Below are positions 1-10,000 of a stretch of 64,000 bases of DNA, in pieces (position 1 is the stretch's first letter; every line of letters starts with the position of its first letter). A program made the position numbers and the translations under genes. The stretch is from an uncultured Acidobacteriota bacterium. Lineage in GTDB: Bacteria > Acidobacteriota > Thermoanaerobaculia > Multivoradales > SZUA-115. The DNA is taken from contig CAWDVR010000001.1 in the NCBI GenBank assembly GCA_963805975.1, positions 352,001 through 416,000 of the forward strand, in the 5' to 3' direction. Under the pieces are notes generated by a model, which was not told the origin of the DNA, did no database searches, and saw only the letters and a list, made by a program, of their open reading frames with translations.

Positions 1-169
1 CGTAGAGGCGGGAGTCCTTGCCGAGCTTGGGGGCCCCGGCGAGCGCGTTGATGACGGCTTGCGGATCGGAGACGTGCACGCCCACGCAGGGCATGCAAGG
101 AGGCGCCGCGGCGAAGGCGGAAGGAGCGAGCGCTACGAGGAGGAGAGTCGCCAGGCGGAGAGGTCGCAT
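1..169 (-). CDS. Partial secreted protein (N-terminus only; runs off the window edge)
   Basis: ATG at 169 reads MRPLRLATLLLVALAPSAFAAAPPCMPCVGVHVSDP..., a typical Sec signal peptide; the frame is open to position 1. It is not in the ORF track. Confidence 0.6.
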   Translation of the reverse strand, partial: MRPLRLATLLLVALAPSAFAAAPPCMPCVGVHVSDPQAVINALAGAPKLGKDSRLY

Positions 170-199
170 AGCGGCGGAGCATATGCGCCCGTTATGGCA

Positions 200-228
200 T
201 TGTCACTCTGTGCGATGGACGCTACACT
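200..228 (+). promoter_or_regulatory. Sigma70-type promoter for the DUF4388 gene
   Basis: TTGTCA-N17-TACACT, 12 nt upstream of ATG 241. Confidence 0.55.
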
Positions 229-240
229 GCGGCTCGAACC

Positions 241-1323
241 ATGGAGTTTTCCGGCCGCCTGACGGCCTTCCCACCGGGCGATCTGCTGCAGTGGGCGCGC
301 AATGACCGCCGCACCGGCGCGCTCGTGGTGCGCCGCAGCTCGCGCGAGAAGCGCATCTCGTTCCGCGACGGTAAAGTGGTCTCCTGCCTGTCGGACGACC
401 CGGCCGAGTTCTACGGCCAGCACCTGCTGCTCAACGGCTTCGTCAGCGAGAAGGACCTGATCCGCGCCCTGACCCATTGCGGCCGCAGCGGCCAGCGCCT
501 GGGCCTGGCGCTGCAGGAGCTCGCCATCCTCACCGGCGACGCCGTCCAGCAGACGCTGCGCAGCCACATTCAAGACCTGGTCTGCGACCTCTTCCTCTGG
601 AACCGCGGTGTCTTCTACTTCGAGGCCGAGGTGCCACAGGACGAAGAGATCGGGCCGCTGCCGGTCGACACCTTGCACCTGTCCTTGGAGGGCACGCGCT
701 GGGCCGACGAGCACGAGCGCATCCGCCGCGTGTTCATTCACGACGACATCGTGCTGCGCCGCCGGCCGGAGGCGAACGGCAAGGGCATGTCGCCGCTCGA
801 GCAGTGGATCCTGGGCAAGGTCAACGACCGCCGCACGCTCGCCCAGCTCTACCGCGCCACCGGCGGCTCCTACTTCCGCTTCTTGCAGGGAGCGCTGGCG
901 CTCTGCGTGCGCGAGGTGCTCGACCTCGCCGAGGTGCCGCAGCAGCTCTCGGTGGCGACCACCCACGAGATCAACCTCTACGACCTGATGCGCGAGCAGG
1001 CGAGCGAGGAGCAGGTTCTCGCCATGCACCGCCGGACCACGGTGCCGATGGCCGCGCTCGAGAACCTGGTGCCGCTGTGGGTCGGGCCGCCGCCCGCGGC
1101 GGAGCCGGGTGCGGGCCTCGCCGCCCGCTGCGCCGGCCAGGTCCGCCTGCTGGACATCCTGCCCGAGGACGCCTCGCGCGAGCTCGACCTCCTGCTCCAG
1201 GGGCTGCGCGAAGGTCAGGTCGCGCTCCTCCCGGCTCCGCTCGACGAGCTCGAGGCCGCGGCCGAGCGCGGCGCCAGCCCCCGCTGGTGGCGCCAGCTCT
1301 TCAGCGGCGGCTCCCGGCGCTAG
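241..1323 (+). CDS. DUF4388 (PatA N-terminal-like) domain protein
   Basis: N-terminal FSGRLTAFPPGDLLQW...RRTGALVV...ISFRDGKVV and LFLWNRGVFYF match the DUF4388 pattern. Confidence 0.8.
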   Translation: MEFSGRLTAFPPGDLLQWARNDRRTGALVVRRSSREKRISFRDGKVVSCLSDDPAEFYGQHLLLNGFVSEKDLIRALTHCGRSGQRLGLALQELAILTGDAVQQTLRSHIQDLVCDLFLWNRGVFYFEAEVPQDEEIGPLPVDTLHLSLEGTRWADEHERIRRVFIHDDIVLRRRPEANGKGMSPLEQWILGKVNDRRTLAQLYRATGGSYFRFLQGALALCVREVLDLAEVPQQLSVATTHEINLYDLMREQASEEQVLAMHRRTTVPMAALENLVPLWVGPPPAAEPGAGLAARCAGQVRLLDILPEDASRELDLLLQGLREGQVALLPAPLDELEAAAERGASPRWWRQLFSGGSRR

Positions 1324-3977
1324 TCCCGCCGCAGCACGGAGGACGGCTCGGTGCCGGCCGCCTTCGCCGCCGGCAGGTAGGCGGCGAGGAGGGCCGTCAG
1401 GGCGAGGAGGGCCGCCGCCTGGAGGAAGGTCGCCGGGTCCGTGGGGCTCACCTCGAAGAGCAGCGAGGCCATGGCGCGGGTGAGGGCATAGGCGCCGGCC
1501 GCGCCGAGCACCACGCCGAGGAGGGCGAGGCGCGCCCCGCGCCCGAGCACTAGCGCCAGCACCTCGGGCCGGCTCGCGCCGAGCGCCATGCGGATGCCGA
1601 TCTCCTGCCGCCGCTCGGCCACGAAGTAGGAGGTGACACCGAAGATGCCGACCAGCGCGAGCGCCAGGGCGATCGCGGCGAAGCTGCCCAGGAGCCAGGT
1701 CTGGAAGCGCGGCTGGGCCGCCGCCTCGGCGACCAGCGCGGAGACCGGCCGGCTGCGGATGGCCGGGACGTTGGGATCGACGGCCGCGAGCTCCTTCCGC
1801 GCCAGCTCGGCCACCAGCCCGGCGTCGGCCGAGCTCCGCACCACGACGCTCACGCCCCGCGCCCAGGCGGTGAGAAAGCCGGGATCGAGCTGCTCGTAGG
1901 GCAGCAGCACCTCGGGCCGAGCGTCGGCCTCGAGCCGGCGGTGCCGGACGTCGGCGACTACGCCCACCACCCTGGCCCAGCCCTCCTCGCCGCTCGGCGA
2001 GAGGCGCTTGCCGAGCGCGTCCTCTCCCGGCCAGAAGCGGCGCGTGAAAGCCTCGTTGACCAGCGCCACGCGCTCCGCGCCCTCGCGGTCGGCGGCGGCG
2101 AGGTCCCGGCCGCGGGAGAGCGGGATGCCCATCGCCGCGAGGTAGCCGGGGGAGACGCCGCGCAGCCCGGCGACCGGCGTGTCGTCGCTGGAGCCGGGCG
2201 CGTAGCCATCTACCCGGAAGCCGTTCTCGAGATCCTGGCCGGAGAGCGGCAGGTGGGTGGTGGTGCCGACCGCCTCGAACAGCGGCTGCGAGCCCAGGCG
2301 CTCGAGGAGCTGCCGGTGGAAGGCGTGCATGGAGCCCGCCTCGGGGAAGCGCGCCGACGGCATCGCCACGTCGAAGGTCAGGGCGCTCGCGGGCCGGAAG
2401 CCCAGCTCCACGGCCTGCAGGCGGGCGAAGCTCTTGAGGGCGAGGCCGGCACCGGTCAGCAGGACCAGCGAGACCGCGAGCTCGGCGACCAGGATGGCCG
2501 CGCGCAGGCGCTCCCGCCCGGCACCCGGCGTCACGGTGCGGCCGGCGACCCCACCGCCGGCGAGCGGTGCGCCCCGCGCAGCCCGCAGCGTGGGGAGGAC
2601 GCCGAACGCCAGCGCCGCGATCAGCACGACGACGAGCGAAGCGGCGAGCACCCGCGGCTCGATCGCAGCCTGCTCGAGGCGCGGAATGTCCCGTGGCCCC
2701 AGCGCTTGCAAGGCGGCGAGCACCACCTGGGCGACGACGAGCCCCGCGGCGGCGCCCAGCCCGTAGAGCACCAGCGACTCGGTCAGGAGCTGGCGCACCA
2801 GCCGCCGCCGGCCGCCGCCGAGCGCCGCGCGCACCGCCATCTCGGACTGCCGGGCGCTCGCCCGGGTGAGCTGGAGGCTGGTCACGTTGGCACAGGCGAC
2901 CGCCAGCACGAAGGCCACCGCGCCGAGCAGCAGGAAGAGTCCCCGCCGTACGCCGCCCACCGTCTCCTCGGTGAGCGAGGCCATGCCGATGCCAGCCCCG
3001 CGGTGGCTGTCCGGGTACTCTGCGGCGAGCGCCACCGCCACCCGCTCGAGATCGGCCACCGCCTGCGTCGGCGTCACCCCGTCCCGCAGTCGTCCCACCA
3101 CTCGCAGGTAGCGCGACTGGCGGTTGATGGGAAGGTTGGCGTCGTTGGCGCCGCGCAAAGGTATCGGCACCCAGAGCTGGTAGCTCTTGTCCGGGAAGTC
3201 GAAGCCCGGCGGCATCACTCCCACCACTTCGTAGGGCTTGCCGTTGACGGTGAGCGTCCGGCCCACCACCCGCGGGTCGCGGCCGAAGCGGCGCTGCCAG
3301 AGGGCGTGGGAGAGGATCATCACCTGGTCGCGCCCGGCCTCGTTCTCCTCGCGCAGGAACGTCCGGCCGAGGAGCGGCCGGACCCGCAGCACGTCGAAGA
3401 GCTCGGCGGAGACGAGCTGGCCGATGGCGAGCTCGGCCTCGCCCTCGCCGGTGAAGGTGAAGCCGGTGCCCACGTACGCCGCCAGGTTCTCGAAAGCGCC
3501 GGTCTGGGCCTGCCAGTCCAGGAAGTCGAGGGGCGCGGCCCGCGTGCGGCCGATGTCGGCGCTGGCGTGCACCTGGAAGAGGCCCCACAGCCGGTCGGCC
3601 TCGGGGTAGGGGAGCGGGCGCAGGATCACGGCGTCCACCACGCTCACCACCGCGGTGTTGGCGCCGATGCCGAGCGCCAGGGTGAGCACCGCGGCGGCCG
3701 TGAAGCCCGGGTTCTTGGCCAGGGTGCGCAGCCCGTGGCGGGCGTCCTGGAGCAGGGTCTCGAGGAAGGCCAGGGTGTCCGCGTCGCGGGTGCGCTCGCG
3801 CAGCGCGAGCGGGTTGCCGAGCGCGAGCCGCGCTTGGCGCTTCGCTTCGGCGGCGTCCATTCCCCGGCTCTCCAGTTGCTCGGCGCGCAGCTCGAGGTGG
3901 CCTGCCAGCTCTTCGTCGATCTCGCTCGCCAGCCGGGAGCGCTGCAAGAGATTACCCAAGCGGTGGAGCCAGGCCAT
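1320..3977 (-). CDS. ABC transporter permease, ADOP family (duplicated MacB/FtsX domains, permease-prefix domain)
   Basis: EIDEELAGHLE...ARLALGN prefix; KNPGFTAAAVLTLALGIGANTA; two FtsX repeats (EMAVRAALGG, EIGIRMALGA); lies directly downstream of padR. Confidence 0.92.
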   Translation of the reverse strand: MAWLHRLGNLLQRSRLASEIDEELAGHLELRAEQLESRGMDAAEAKRQARLALGNPLALRERTRDADTLAFLETLLQDARHGLRTLAKNPGFTAAAVLTLALGIGANTAVVSVVDAVILRPLPYPEADRLWGLFQVHASADIGRTRAAPLDFLDWQAQTGAFENLAAYVGTGFTFTGEGEAELAIGQLVSAELFDVLRVRPLLGRTFLREENEAGRDQVMILSHALWQRRFGRDPRVVGRTLTVNGKPYEVVGVMPPGFDFPDKSYQLWVPIPLRGANDANLPINRQSRYLRVVGRLRDGVTPTQAVADLERVAVALAAEYPDSHRGAGIGMASLTEETVGGVRRGLFLLLGAVAFVLAVACANVTSLQLTRASARQSEMAVRAALGGGRRRLVRQLLTESLVLYGLGAAAGLVVAQVVLAALQALGPRDIPRLEQAAIEPRVLAASLVVVLIAALAFGVLPTLRAARGAPLAGGGVAGRTVTPGAGRERLRAAILVAELAVSLVLLTGAGLALKSFARLQAVELGFRPASALTFDVAMPSARFPEAGSMHAFHRQLLERLGSQPLFEAVGTTTHLPLSGQDLENGFRVDGYAPGSSDDTPVAGLRGVSPGYLAAMGIPLSRGRDLAAADREGAERVALVNEAFTRRFWPGEDALGKRLSPSGEEGWARVVGVVADVRHRRLEADARPEVLLPYEQLDPGFLTAWARGVSVVVRSSADAGLVAELARKELAAVDPNVPAIRSRPVSALVAEAAAQPRFQTWLLGSFAAIALALALVGIFGVTSYFVAERRQEIGIRMALGASRPEVLALVLGRGARLALLGVVLGAAGAYALTRAMASLLFEVSPTDPATFLQAAALLALTALLAAYLPAAKAAGTEPSSVLRRD

Positions 3978-3990
3978 CGGTCACCTCTCT

Positions 3991-4323
3991 CTACGCCAGT
4001 TGCAGCACCGCCGCGACGCCGCGCGCGAGGCGGTCCCAGCGCTCCTGCTCGGCCGCGAGCTGCTTGTGCCCCCGGTCGGTGAGGCCGTAGACGCGGGCGC
4101 GCCGGCCGTTCTCGGACGCCTTCCACTCGGCGGCGAGCAATCCGGCCTGCTCCAGGCGGTGGAGGGCGGGGTAGAGCGAGCCTTCCTCCACCCGCAGCAG
4201 CTCGCCGGAGCCTTCCTGGATTCGCGAAGCGATGCCGAAGCCGTGCAGCGGACCGCGGCTCAGGGTGGAGAGCACCAGCAGGTCGAGAGTTCCTTGCAGC
4301 ACGGCGCCCGGACGGCTCTTCAT
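3991..4323 (-). CDS. PadR family transcriptional regulator (acidobacterial type)
   Basis: LQGTLDLLVL...PLHGFGIA...VEEGSLYPALHRLE...SENGRRARVYGLT. Confidence 0.93.
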   Translation of the reverse strand: MKSRPGAVLQGTLDLLVLSTLSRGPLHGFGIASRIQEGSGELLRVEEGSLYPALHRLEQAGLLAAEWKASENGRRARVYGLTDRGHKQLAAEQERWDRLARGVAAVLQLA

Positions 4324-4328
4324 CGTTT

Positions 4329-4374
4329 CCCCTAGACGACTAGGGTACAGCGCCGAGGCCTAGATGTCTAGGGG
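4329..4374. promoter_or_regulatory. Twin palindromes CCTAG-N4-CTAGG, probable PadR autoregulatory operators
   Basis: CCTAGacgaCTAGG (4331-4344) and CCTAGatgtCTAGG (4359-4372), immediately upstream of the padR start. Confidence 0.65.
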
Positions 4375-4388
4375 AGAGGCGAGAACCG

Positions 4389-5543
4389 TCAGTATGGGTT
4401 GCGGCCGAACAGGAACTCGATGCCGAGGCCGATCATCGCGGAGCCGTCGCGCGGCTTGTCGCGCTCTTTCCGCGGCCAGGTGTAGCCCACGATCAGCTCG
4501 CCGAAGAGGAACGGCTTGCCCGCCGGCCGGCGGTAGATGGCACGCGCGCCGTACTCGCGCATCCTGATCTCGGCGTCGGTCGAGCCGCGGGCGAACCACT
4601 CGGCGGCGATGGCGCGCTCTCTGTGCAGGTTGCGGTAGAGCAGGAACGCCTCGCGCCAGGCCAGGCCCTCGGTCGATTCCGTCATCGTGCCGACGCTGCC
4701 CCAGCGGAAGACCAGGTTGCGCTTCAGCACGCGGTCGTAGTCCGCGCTGCTGGTGAAGCCGAAGCCCTCGCGGTTCTCCCAGAAGGCGGTCTCGCGAAAG
4801 CGCCACACTGCGTTCTCGCCGATGAAGATGTTGCGCCGGTAGCGGCCCTGCGCGAAGACCTCGGGCGCGCTCTTGAGCTTGCCGCCGACCCGGAAGTCCA
4901 CCTTCGATTGCCACTTGCCGGGCGGGGAGTAACCGAGGCCGGCGAGCCACCGCTCCTGGCTCTCGAGGCCGAAGATCGAGGAGCGGATGGCGAAGCCTTC
5001 CTGGCGGTCGGAGACGAACTCCTCCTCGTCGTCGCGGCCCAGGAAGAGGTTGACGCGGCGCTCGAGGTTGGGCAGGTCGTAGCGCAGGCGGAGCCGGGCG
5101 CTGGGGTCGAGCCCTTCGAACTCGGTGTAGAGGCCCGAGAGCTCGACCCGCCCGGAGACCGCGCGGGCGTTCTCGACGTCCGGCTCGCCGCCGAAGAGGC
5201 CGTCGAACCAGAGCGTGGCGCCGCAGAAGGTCGCTTCGAGGAGCCGGCGGGTGTCGTCGAGAAAAGCGCCTTCGTCCGGCTGGCGGCAGAGGTCGCGGAG
5301 TCGCGGGCGGGCGATCTCGGGTGGGGAGCTGGCAGGGGCCTTCGTTGCCACCGGCTCGCCGGGCATTGCCGGGTCCGTGACCCCTGCCTCGGGGGCCGCC
5401 GCCTCGGGAGACACCTTCTCGGCCGCGGGAACCGCGCCTGGCTGGGTCTCAGGCCGCGAGCGCCCGGCGCACCCGACCGCCACCAGCCCCAGTACCAGGG
5501 CTCCGACCAGCGCACCGAGGCGCCGGGCTGATGTGGGATGCAT
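4389..5543 (-). CDS. Hypothetical lipoprotein with a probable outer-membrane beta-barrel region
   Basis: Start MHPTS; lipobox LVAVGC; Pro/Ala linker; aromatic-rich alternating strands ending IGLGIEFLF. Confidence 0.65.
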   Translation of the reverse strand: MHPTSARRLGALVGALVLGLVAVGCAGRSRPETQPGAVPAAEKVSPEAAAPEAGVTDPAMPGEPVATKAPASSPPEIARPRLRDLCRQPDEGAFLDDTRRLLEATFCGATLWFDGLFGGEPDVENARAVSGRVELSGLYTEFEGLDPSARLRLRYDLPNLERRVNLFLGRDDEEEFVSDRQEGFAIRSSIFGLESQERWLAGLGYSPPGKWQSKVDFRVGGKLKSAPEVFAQGRYRRNIFIGENAVWRFRETAFWENREGFGFTSSADYDRVLKRNLVFRWGSVGTMTESTEGLAWREAFLLYRNLHRERAIAAEWFARGSTDAEIRMREYGARAIYRRPAGKPFLFGELIVGYTWPRKERDKPRDGSAMIGLGIEFLFGRNPY

Positions 5544-5675
5544 GGCGCGTATCGTACGAGATTTCCCGTACCGATACACGCCATGCCGGAAAGAGGGGCT
5601 ACCAGCGCACGCGTACGGCCGCGGCGGCGTTGCGGCCGGGGGAGCTGTAGCGGTCCTTGACCGCGGTCCGGATTG

Positions 5676-6866
5676 TCAAGAAGCCGGGCGCCAGGGCTCG
5701 CCGCCGGAGAACCCCTCGTAGGAATGCCGGTACTCGAGGCTCGCCGGCACTTGGCGCAGGCGCTGGCCGTCCAGGGCGCCGCCGCGCGCCACGCCGTCGA
5801 AGCCGAAGCGGGAGCCCGAGTGCGAGTCCATGAGCACATCTTCCGTGGGATCGAGCGCCAGCACCAGCTCGCGATCGCCGAGCCGCCGGTCCCAGGCGCG
5901 GTAGGAGATGCCGTCGGCGCGCAGGTGGATGGCCAGAGGCAGCCCGCGGATCGTGTCCTGGAGCAGCCGGTCGCGGGCCAGCACCGACCACGGGTAGCTG
6001 CGCGCCTCGCCGCCTTCCTTCACCCCGACCACCCACTGCCAGGCGGGGCCACGGGCCGGGTCCTCGCGCTTGGCATCGAAGCCGTCGAAGCCGAACATCC
6101 GATAGCCCTCGGCAAAGGCCGGGTCCGGCTGCAGCACCAGGCTGTCGGGATGCAGGGCCAGCCACTCGCCGAGCGTCATCTGGTCGGCCAGCAGCTCCGG
6201 CAGCCGCTCCCTGAAGAGCGGGCCGACGATCGACTTGCCGTTCGCCTGGTACCACCAGGTGCCGGTCTCGCGGTCCTCGTAGACCGAGTTGTAGCGGTAG
6301 GCGCCCACCAGGTCGAAATGGAGCCAGCGGCTGCCGGCCCACGGCTTGAACACCTTGCCGGTGCGGCACATCGTGCAGTAGGTCACCCAGACCGGCTCGC
6401 CGCCGAGCGTGTCCTCTACCCGGTGGTGGTAGGCGAGGAGGCGGATGGGGTAGGCCCGGGCCTCGCCGCCGCGGGCAATTCCCAGCACCAGGGTCGAAGG
6501 TGGCAGCTCCGGGCTCGTCCCCTGGGCGAAGCGCACCGTCTCGGCCGGCCGGAACCAGGCCGCGGGGGCCATTTTGACTTGGGCCACCCAGAGCACCCCC
6601 GCGGCCAGCGCGACGCCCAGCACGGCCGCGACCTTGCGCCAGGCCCTCAGGGACGAGCGCAGCATCAGCAGCAGGCCGGCGAGGAGGAGGGCGCCGCCGC
6701 CGATCTCGGTCCAGGGCCGCAGGCGCTCGAGGTGCCAGGCAAAGGCGGCGGAGTCGAGCCGCTGCGAGCCGGGAAAGGGTTGGAAGAGGTAGGCCGCCAG
6801 GGCGGTCGGCAGGACGACCAGCAAGAGGCCCGTCCAGTAGACGAAGCGGGTGCGGCGTGCGCTCAC
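5676..6866 (-). CDS. DUF3179 domain membrane protein
   Basis: GTG start 6866; three N-terminal TM segments; EARAYPIRLLAYHHRVED, VTYCTMCRTG (CxxC), DRETGTWWYQANG, WLALHPDS. Confidence 0.8.
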   Translation of the reverse strand: MSARRTRFVYWTGLLLVVLPTALAAYLFQPFPGSQRLDSAAFAWHLERLRPWTEIGGGALLLAGLLLMLRSSLRAWRKVAAVLGVALAAGVLWVAQVKMAPAAWFRPAETVRFAQGTSPELPPSTLVLGIARGGEARAYPIRLLAYHHRVEDTLGGEPVWVTYCTMCRTGKVFKPWAGSRWLHFDLVGAYRYNSVYEDRETGTWWYQANGKSIVGPLFRERLPELLADQMTLGEWLALHPDSLVLQPDPAFAEGYRMFGFDGFDAKREDPARGPAWQWVVGVKEGGEARSYPWSVLARDRLLQDTIRGLPLAIHLRADGISYRAWDRRLGDRELVLALDPTEDVLMDSHSGSRFGFDGVARGGALDGQRLRQVPASLEYRHSYEGFSGGEPWRPAS

Positions 6867-7011
6867 AGCAGAGGCTCCACGGGTTCGAGGGGGATGAAGA
6901 TCGAGGAGTGTGACACAGCACCAGCCCCACGATCGAAGAGCTTCGTGCCCAGGCCGGTTTTCGCTGCCGACACTCCGCTGCCGATAGAATCGGCGCCTTC
7001 TCGGCGCTGAC

Positions 7012-10000
7012 ATGGCTGCATTCGTTCCCTCTGGCAAGCGGCAACTCGGCCGGATCGTGGGGTGGCTGGGTCTCTTCGCCCTCGCTCCCTGCGTCGTTGT
7101 CGGCCAGCCGGCCGAGCGCGGCTTTCCTCTGCTCCAGACCTACTCCTTCGCGGTCGAGCCGAGCGCGCCGGAGAGCTTCGACGTCGCCCAGGACTCGCGC
7201 GGGCTGCTCTACGTGGGGAACCTGTCGGGCATCCTGATCTACGACGGCCACTGGTGGCATCGGCTCTCCAACCGCAACGGCTCGGCGGCGTTCGCGCTGG
7301 CCAGCGACGGGGGCGGGCGGGTGGCGGTGGGCGGGGTCGACGAGCTGGGTTACGTGAGCGTCGGCGCCGGTGGTGCGCTGGGCTACCACTCGCTCACCGC
7401 GCGGCTGCCGGAGAGCGAGCGCGAGCTCGGCGAAGTGCGGGCCGTGCAGCCGACAGCCGAGGGCTTCGTGTTCGTGGCCGAGCGCCGCGTCCTCACCTGG
7501 GATGGCAGCGCGCTCACCCCGGTGGCGGAGCTGGCGGCGGGCAGCGCGCCGGCCGCCGCCCACCGCGTCGGGGACGAGGTCTACGTGTGGGTGCCCGATG
7601 GGCTGAAGCGCCTGGCCGGCCGGAGTCTCGAGCCGGTCGCGGGCGGCGAGCAGTTTCGCGGCCGGAGGGTGGCGCTGATGCTGCCGGCCGAGGGCGGTGC
7701 CCTCCTCGGCGTCGAAGGAGAGGGGCTGTATCTGTTCTCCGGCGGGCGCGCCGTGCCCTTCGCGCCGGAGGCCTCGCGGTGGGCGGTGGCCAAGCGCCTG
7801 ACCCGCGGCCGCCGGCTGCCGGACGGCCGGTATGCGTTCGCCTCGGTCCACGGCGGCCTGCTGCTGCTGCACGCGGACGGCACGGTCGATCAGGTGATCG
7901 ACACCGCCGTGGGTCTGGCGGACGACTTCGTCACCGGCCTGACGGTCGATCGCGAGGGTTCGCTCTGGCTGTCGCTCCACAACGGCCTGGCGCGGCTCGA
8001 GGTGAGCTCGCCGCTGTCGGTGATCGACGGGCGTGCCGGGCTCAAGGGCTCTCCCATGCACGTCACCCGGCACCAGGGCCATCTGTGGATCGCCACCTCG
8101 GCCGGCGTCTTCACCACCCAGGGCGTGCGCGCGGACCCGGCCGGGCCGCTGCACGTGCGGCCGGTGCGCGGCTTGCCCGCCGCCCCGGCGTGGAGCCTGC
8201 TGTCGCTGGGGCACGTGCTGGCGGTGGGCACCTCGGCCGGGGTCTACCTGGTGGGCGAGAGCGGCGTGCGCCCGGTGCCCGGTACCGAGGCGACCAAGGC
8301 CTACCTGCTGGCCTTCTCCCAGGGCGAGTCGCACCGGGTGTGGGTGGGGATGCGCGAGGGCCTGGGCGTGCTGCTCCATGAGCAGGGCGAGTGGAGGTGG
8401 GGAGGTCAGGTCGCGGGAGTGCCGCGCTACGTGCGGTCGCTGGTCGAAAGGGAGAAGGGCGTGCTCTGGTGCGGCACCACTTTCGATGGCCTGGCCCGCG
8501 TGGAGGTGGCCTCCGACGACCTCCCGGCGCGGCGCGCGCGGGTGACGGTCAAGCCCGGCAGGGGCGACGGCGGCGTCGAGACGGGCATCTTCCAGGTGGG
8601 CGATCACATCCTCGGCATCTGGGGCGACCGCGTGCTGCTGCTCGACGAGACCACCGGCGCGCTGGCCGAGAACCCCTCGCTGGTGGCGCTCAACGACCGC
8701 GGTCAGGTCTTCAACGGGGCGCAGGACGCCGCCGGCAACGTCTGGCTCAACACCAAGCCGCCCACCGTTGCCGTGGACCGCGGGGCCGGCCGCGGCATCG
8801 AGGCCCGCTCGCTGGTCTCGGTGGTGGCGCGGGACATCCAGCAGATCATCGCCGAGCCGGACGGGGTGGTCTGGCTGGCGACCGAGCGCGGCCTCTTCCG
8901 CCACGCCGGCACCTTCCACGGCGAGCCCGCCGTGCCGCCGGCGCCCCGGGTGCGGCGGGTCACGCTGGCGGGTGGTGCGCTGCCGGTCACCAGCAGCGGG
9001 CCGGTGCTGCCGCCCGACTCCCGCCGCCTGCGCATCGAGCTCGGGCCGGTCTCGTACCGGCCGGGCCTCGCCTACCAGACCCGCCTCGACCCGCTGGACG
9101 GCGATTGGGGAGAGGCCACGGCCGAGCCCTTCGTCGAGATCGGCCGCCTCCCCGCCGGCGCCTACACCCTCCGGGCGCGCACCCGAGGGCCGAACGGCGA
9201 GCTGGGGCCGGAGACGGAATGGCCGTTTCGCGTGCAGCCGCCCTGGTACGGCACGCCGTGGGCGATCGCGCTGTGGGCGGCGCTGGGGCTGGTGGTGGTC
9301 GGCGGCTACACCCGGCTGCGCAGCCACACCCTGCGCCAGCGCGCGGGGGAGCTCGAGAGCCGGGTGGCCGAGCAGACCCTGGAGCTGCGCCGGGCCGTCG
9401 ACGAGCTGTCGCGCGCCCAGGGCGAGGTGGTAGAGAAGAACCGGCTGCTCGAGGTGGCGAACGAGCGCCTGGAGGAGCTCTCGCTCCACGACGATCTCAC
9501 CGCCATCTTCAACCGCCGCCGGCTGCAGCAGGCCCTGGACGAGGAGTGGAACCGCGCCCGCCGCCAGCGGTCGCCGCTCGCCTTCGTGCTCCTCGACCTC
9601 GACCATTTCAAGCGCCTCAACGACAGCCGCGGCCACCGCGAAGGAGACCAGGCGCTGCGCGCCGTGGCCCACCATCTAGCGGAGCACGCGCGGCGCACCG
9701 GCGACCTGGCGGCGCGCTTCGGGGGCGAGGAGTTCGCGCTCCTGCTGCCGGGGAGCGACATCCAGGGTGCGCTGCGGGTGGCCGAGGAGCTGCGCGCCGG
9801 CATCGAGGCCCTGGGCCTGCCGCACCCGGAAGCGCCCGGCGGCCGGCTCACCGCGAGCCTCGGCGTCGCGGCCCTCACACCGGGCCCCGAGGACCGGCCC
9901 GAGACGCTGATCGAGGCCGCGGACGCGGCCCTCTACCGCGCCAAGACCGAAGGCCGGAACCGGGTGCGGGCGGCCGGCTGGCGCAGGAGGGCGGCGGCAG

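Noticed and set aside
5676-6866. Possible selenoprotein (some DUF3179 members are annotated so)
   Set aside because: The CxxC is encoded by Cys codons and there is no in-frame TGA.
133-9675. Very long alternative-frame ORFs (133-3588, 5599-9675 and many similar ones across the window)
   Set aside because: They are Arg/Pro/Ala-rich shadow frames of real genes, expected in high-GC DNA.
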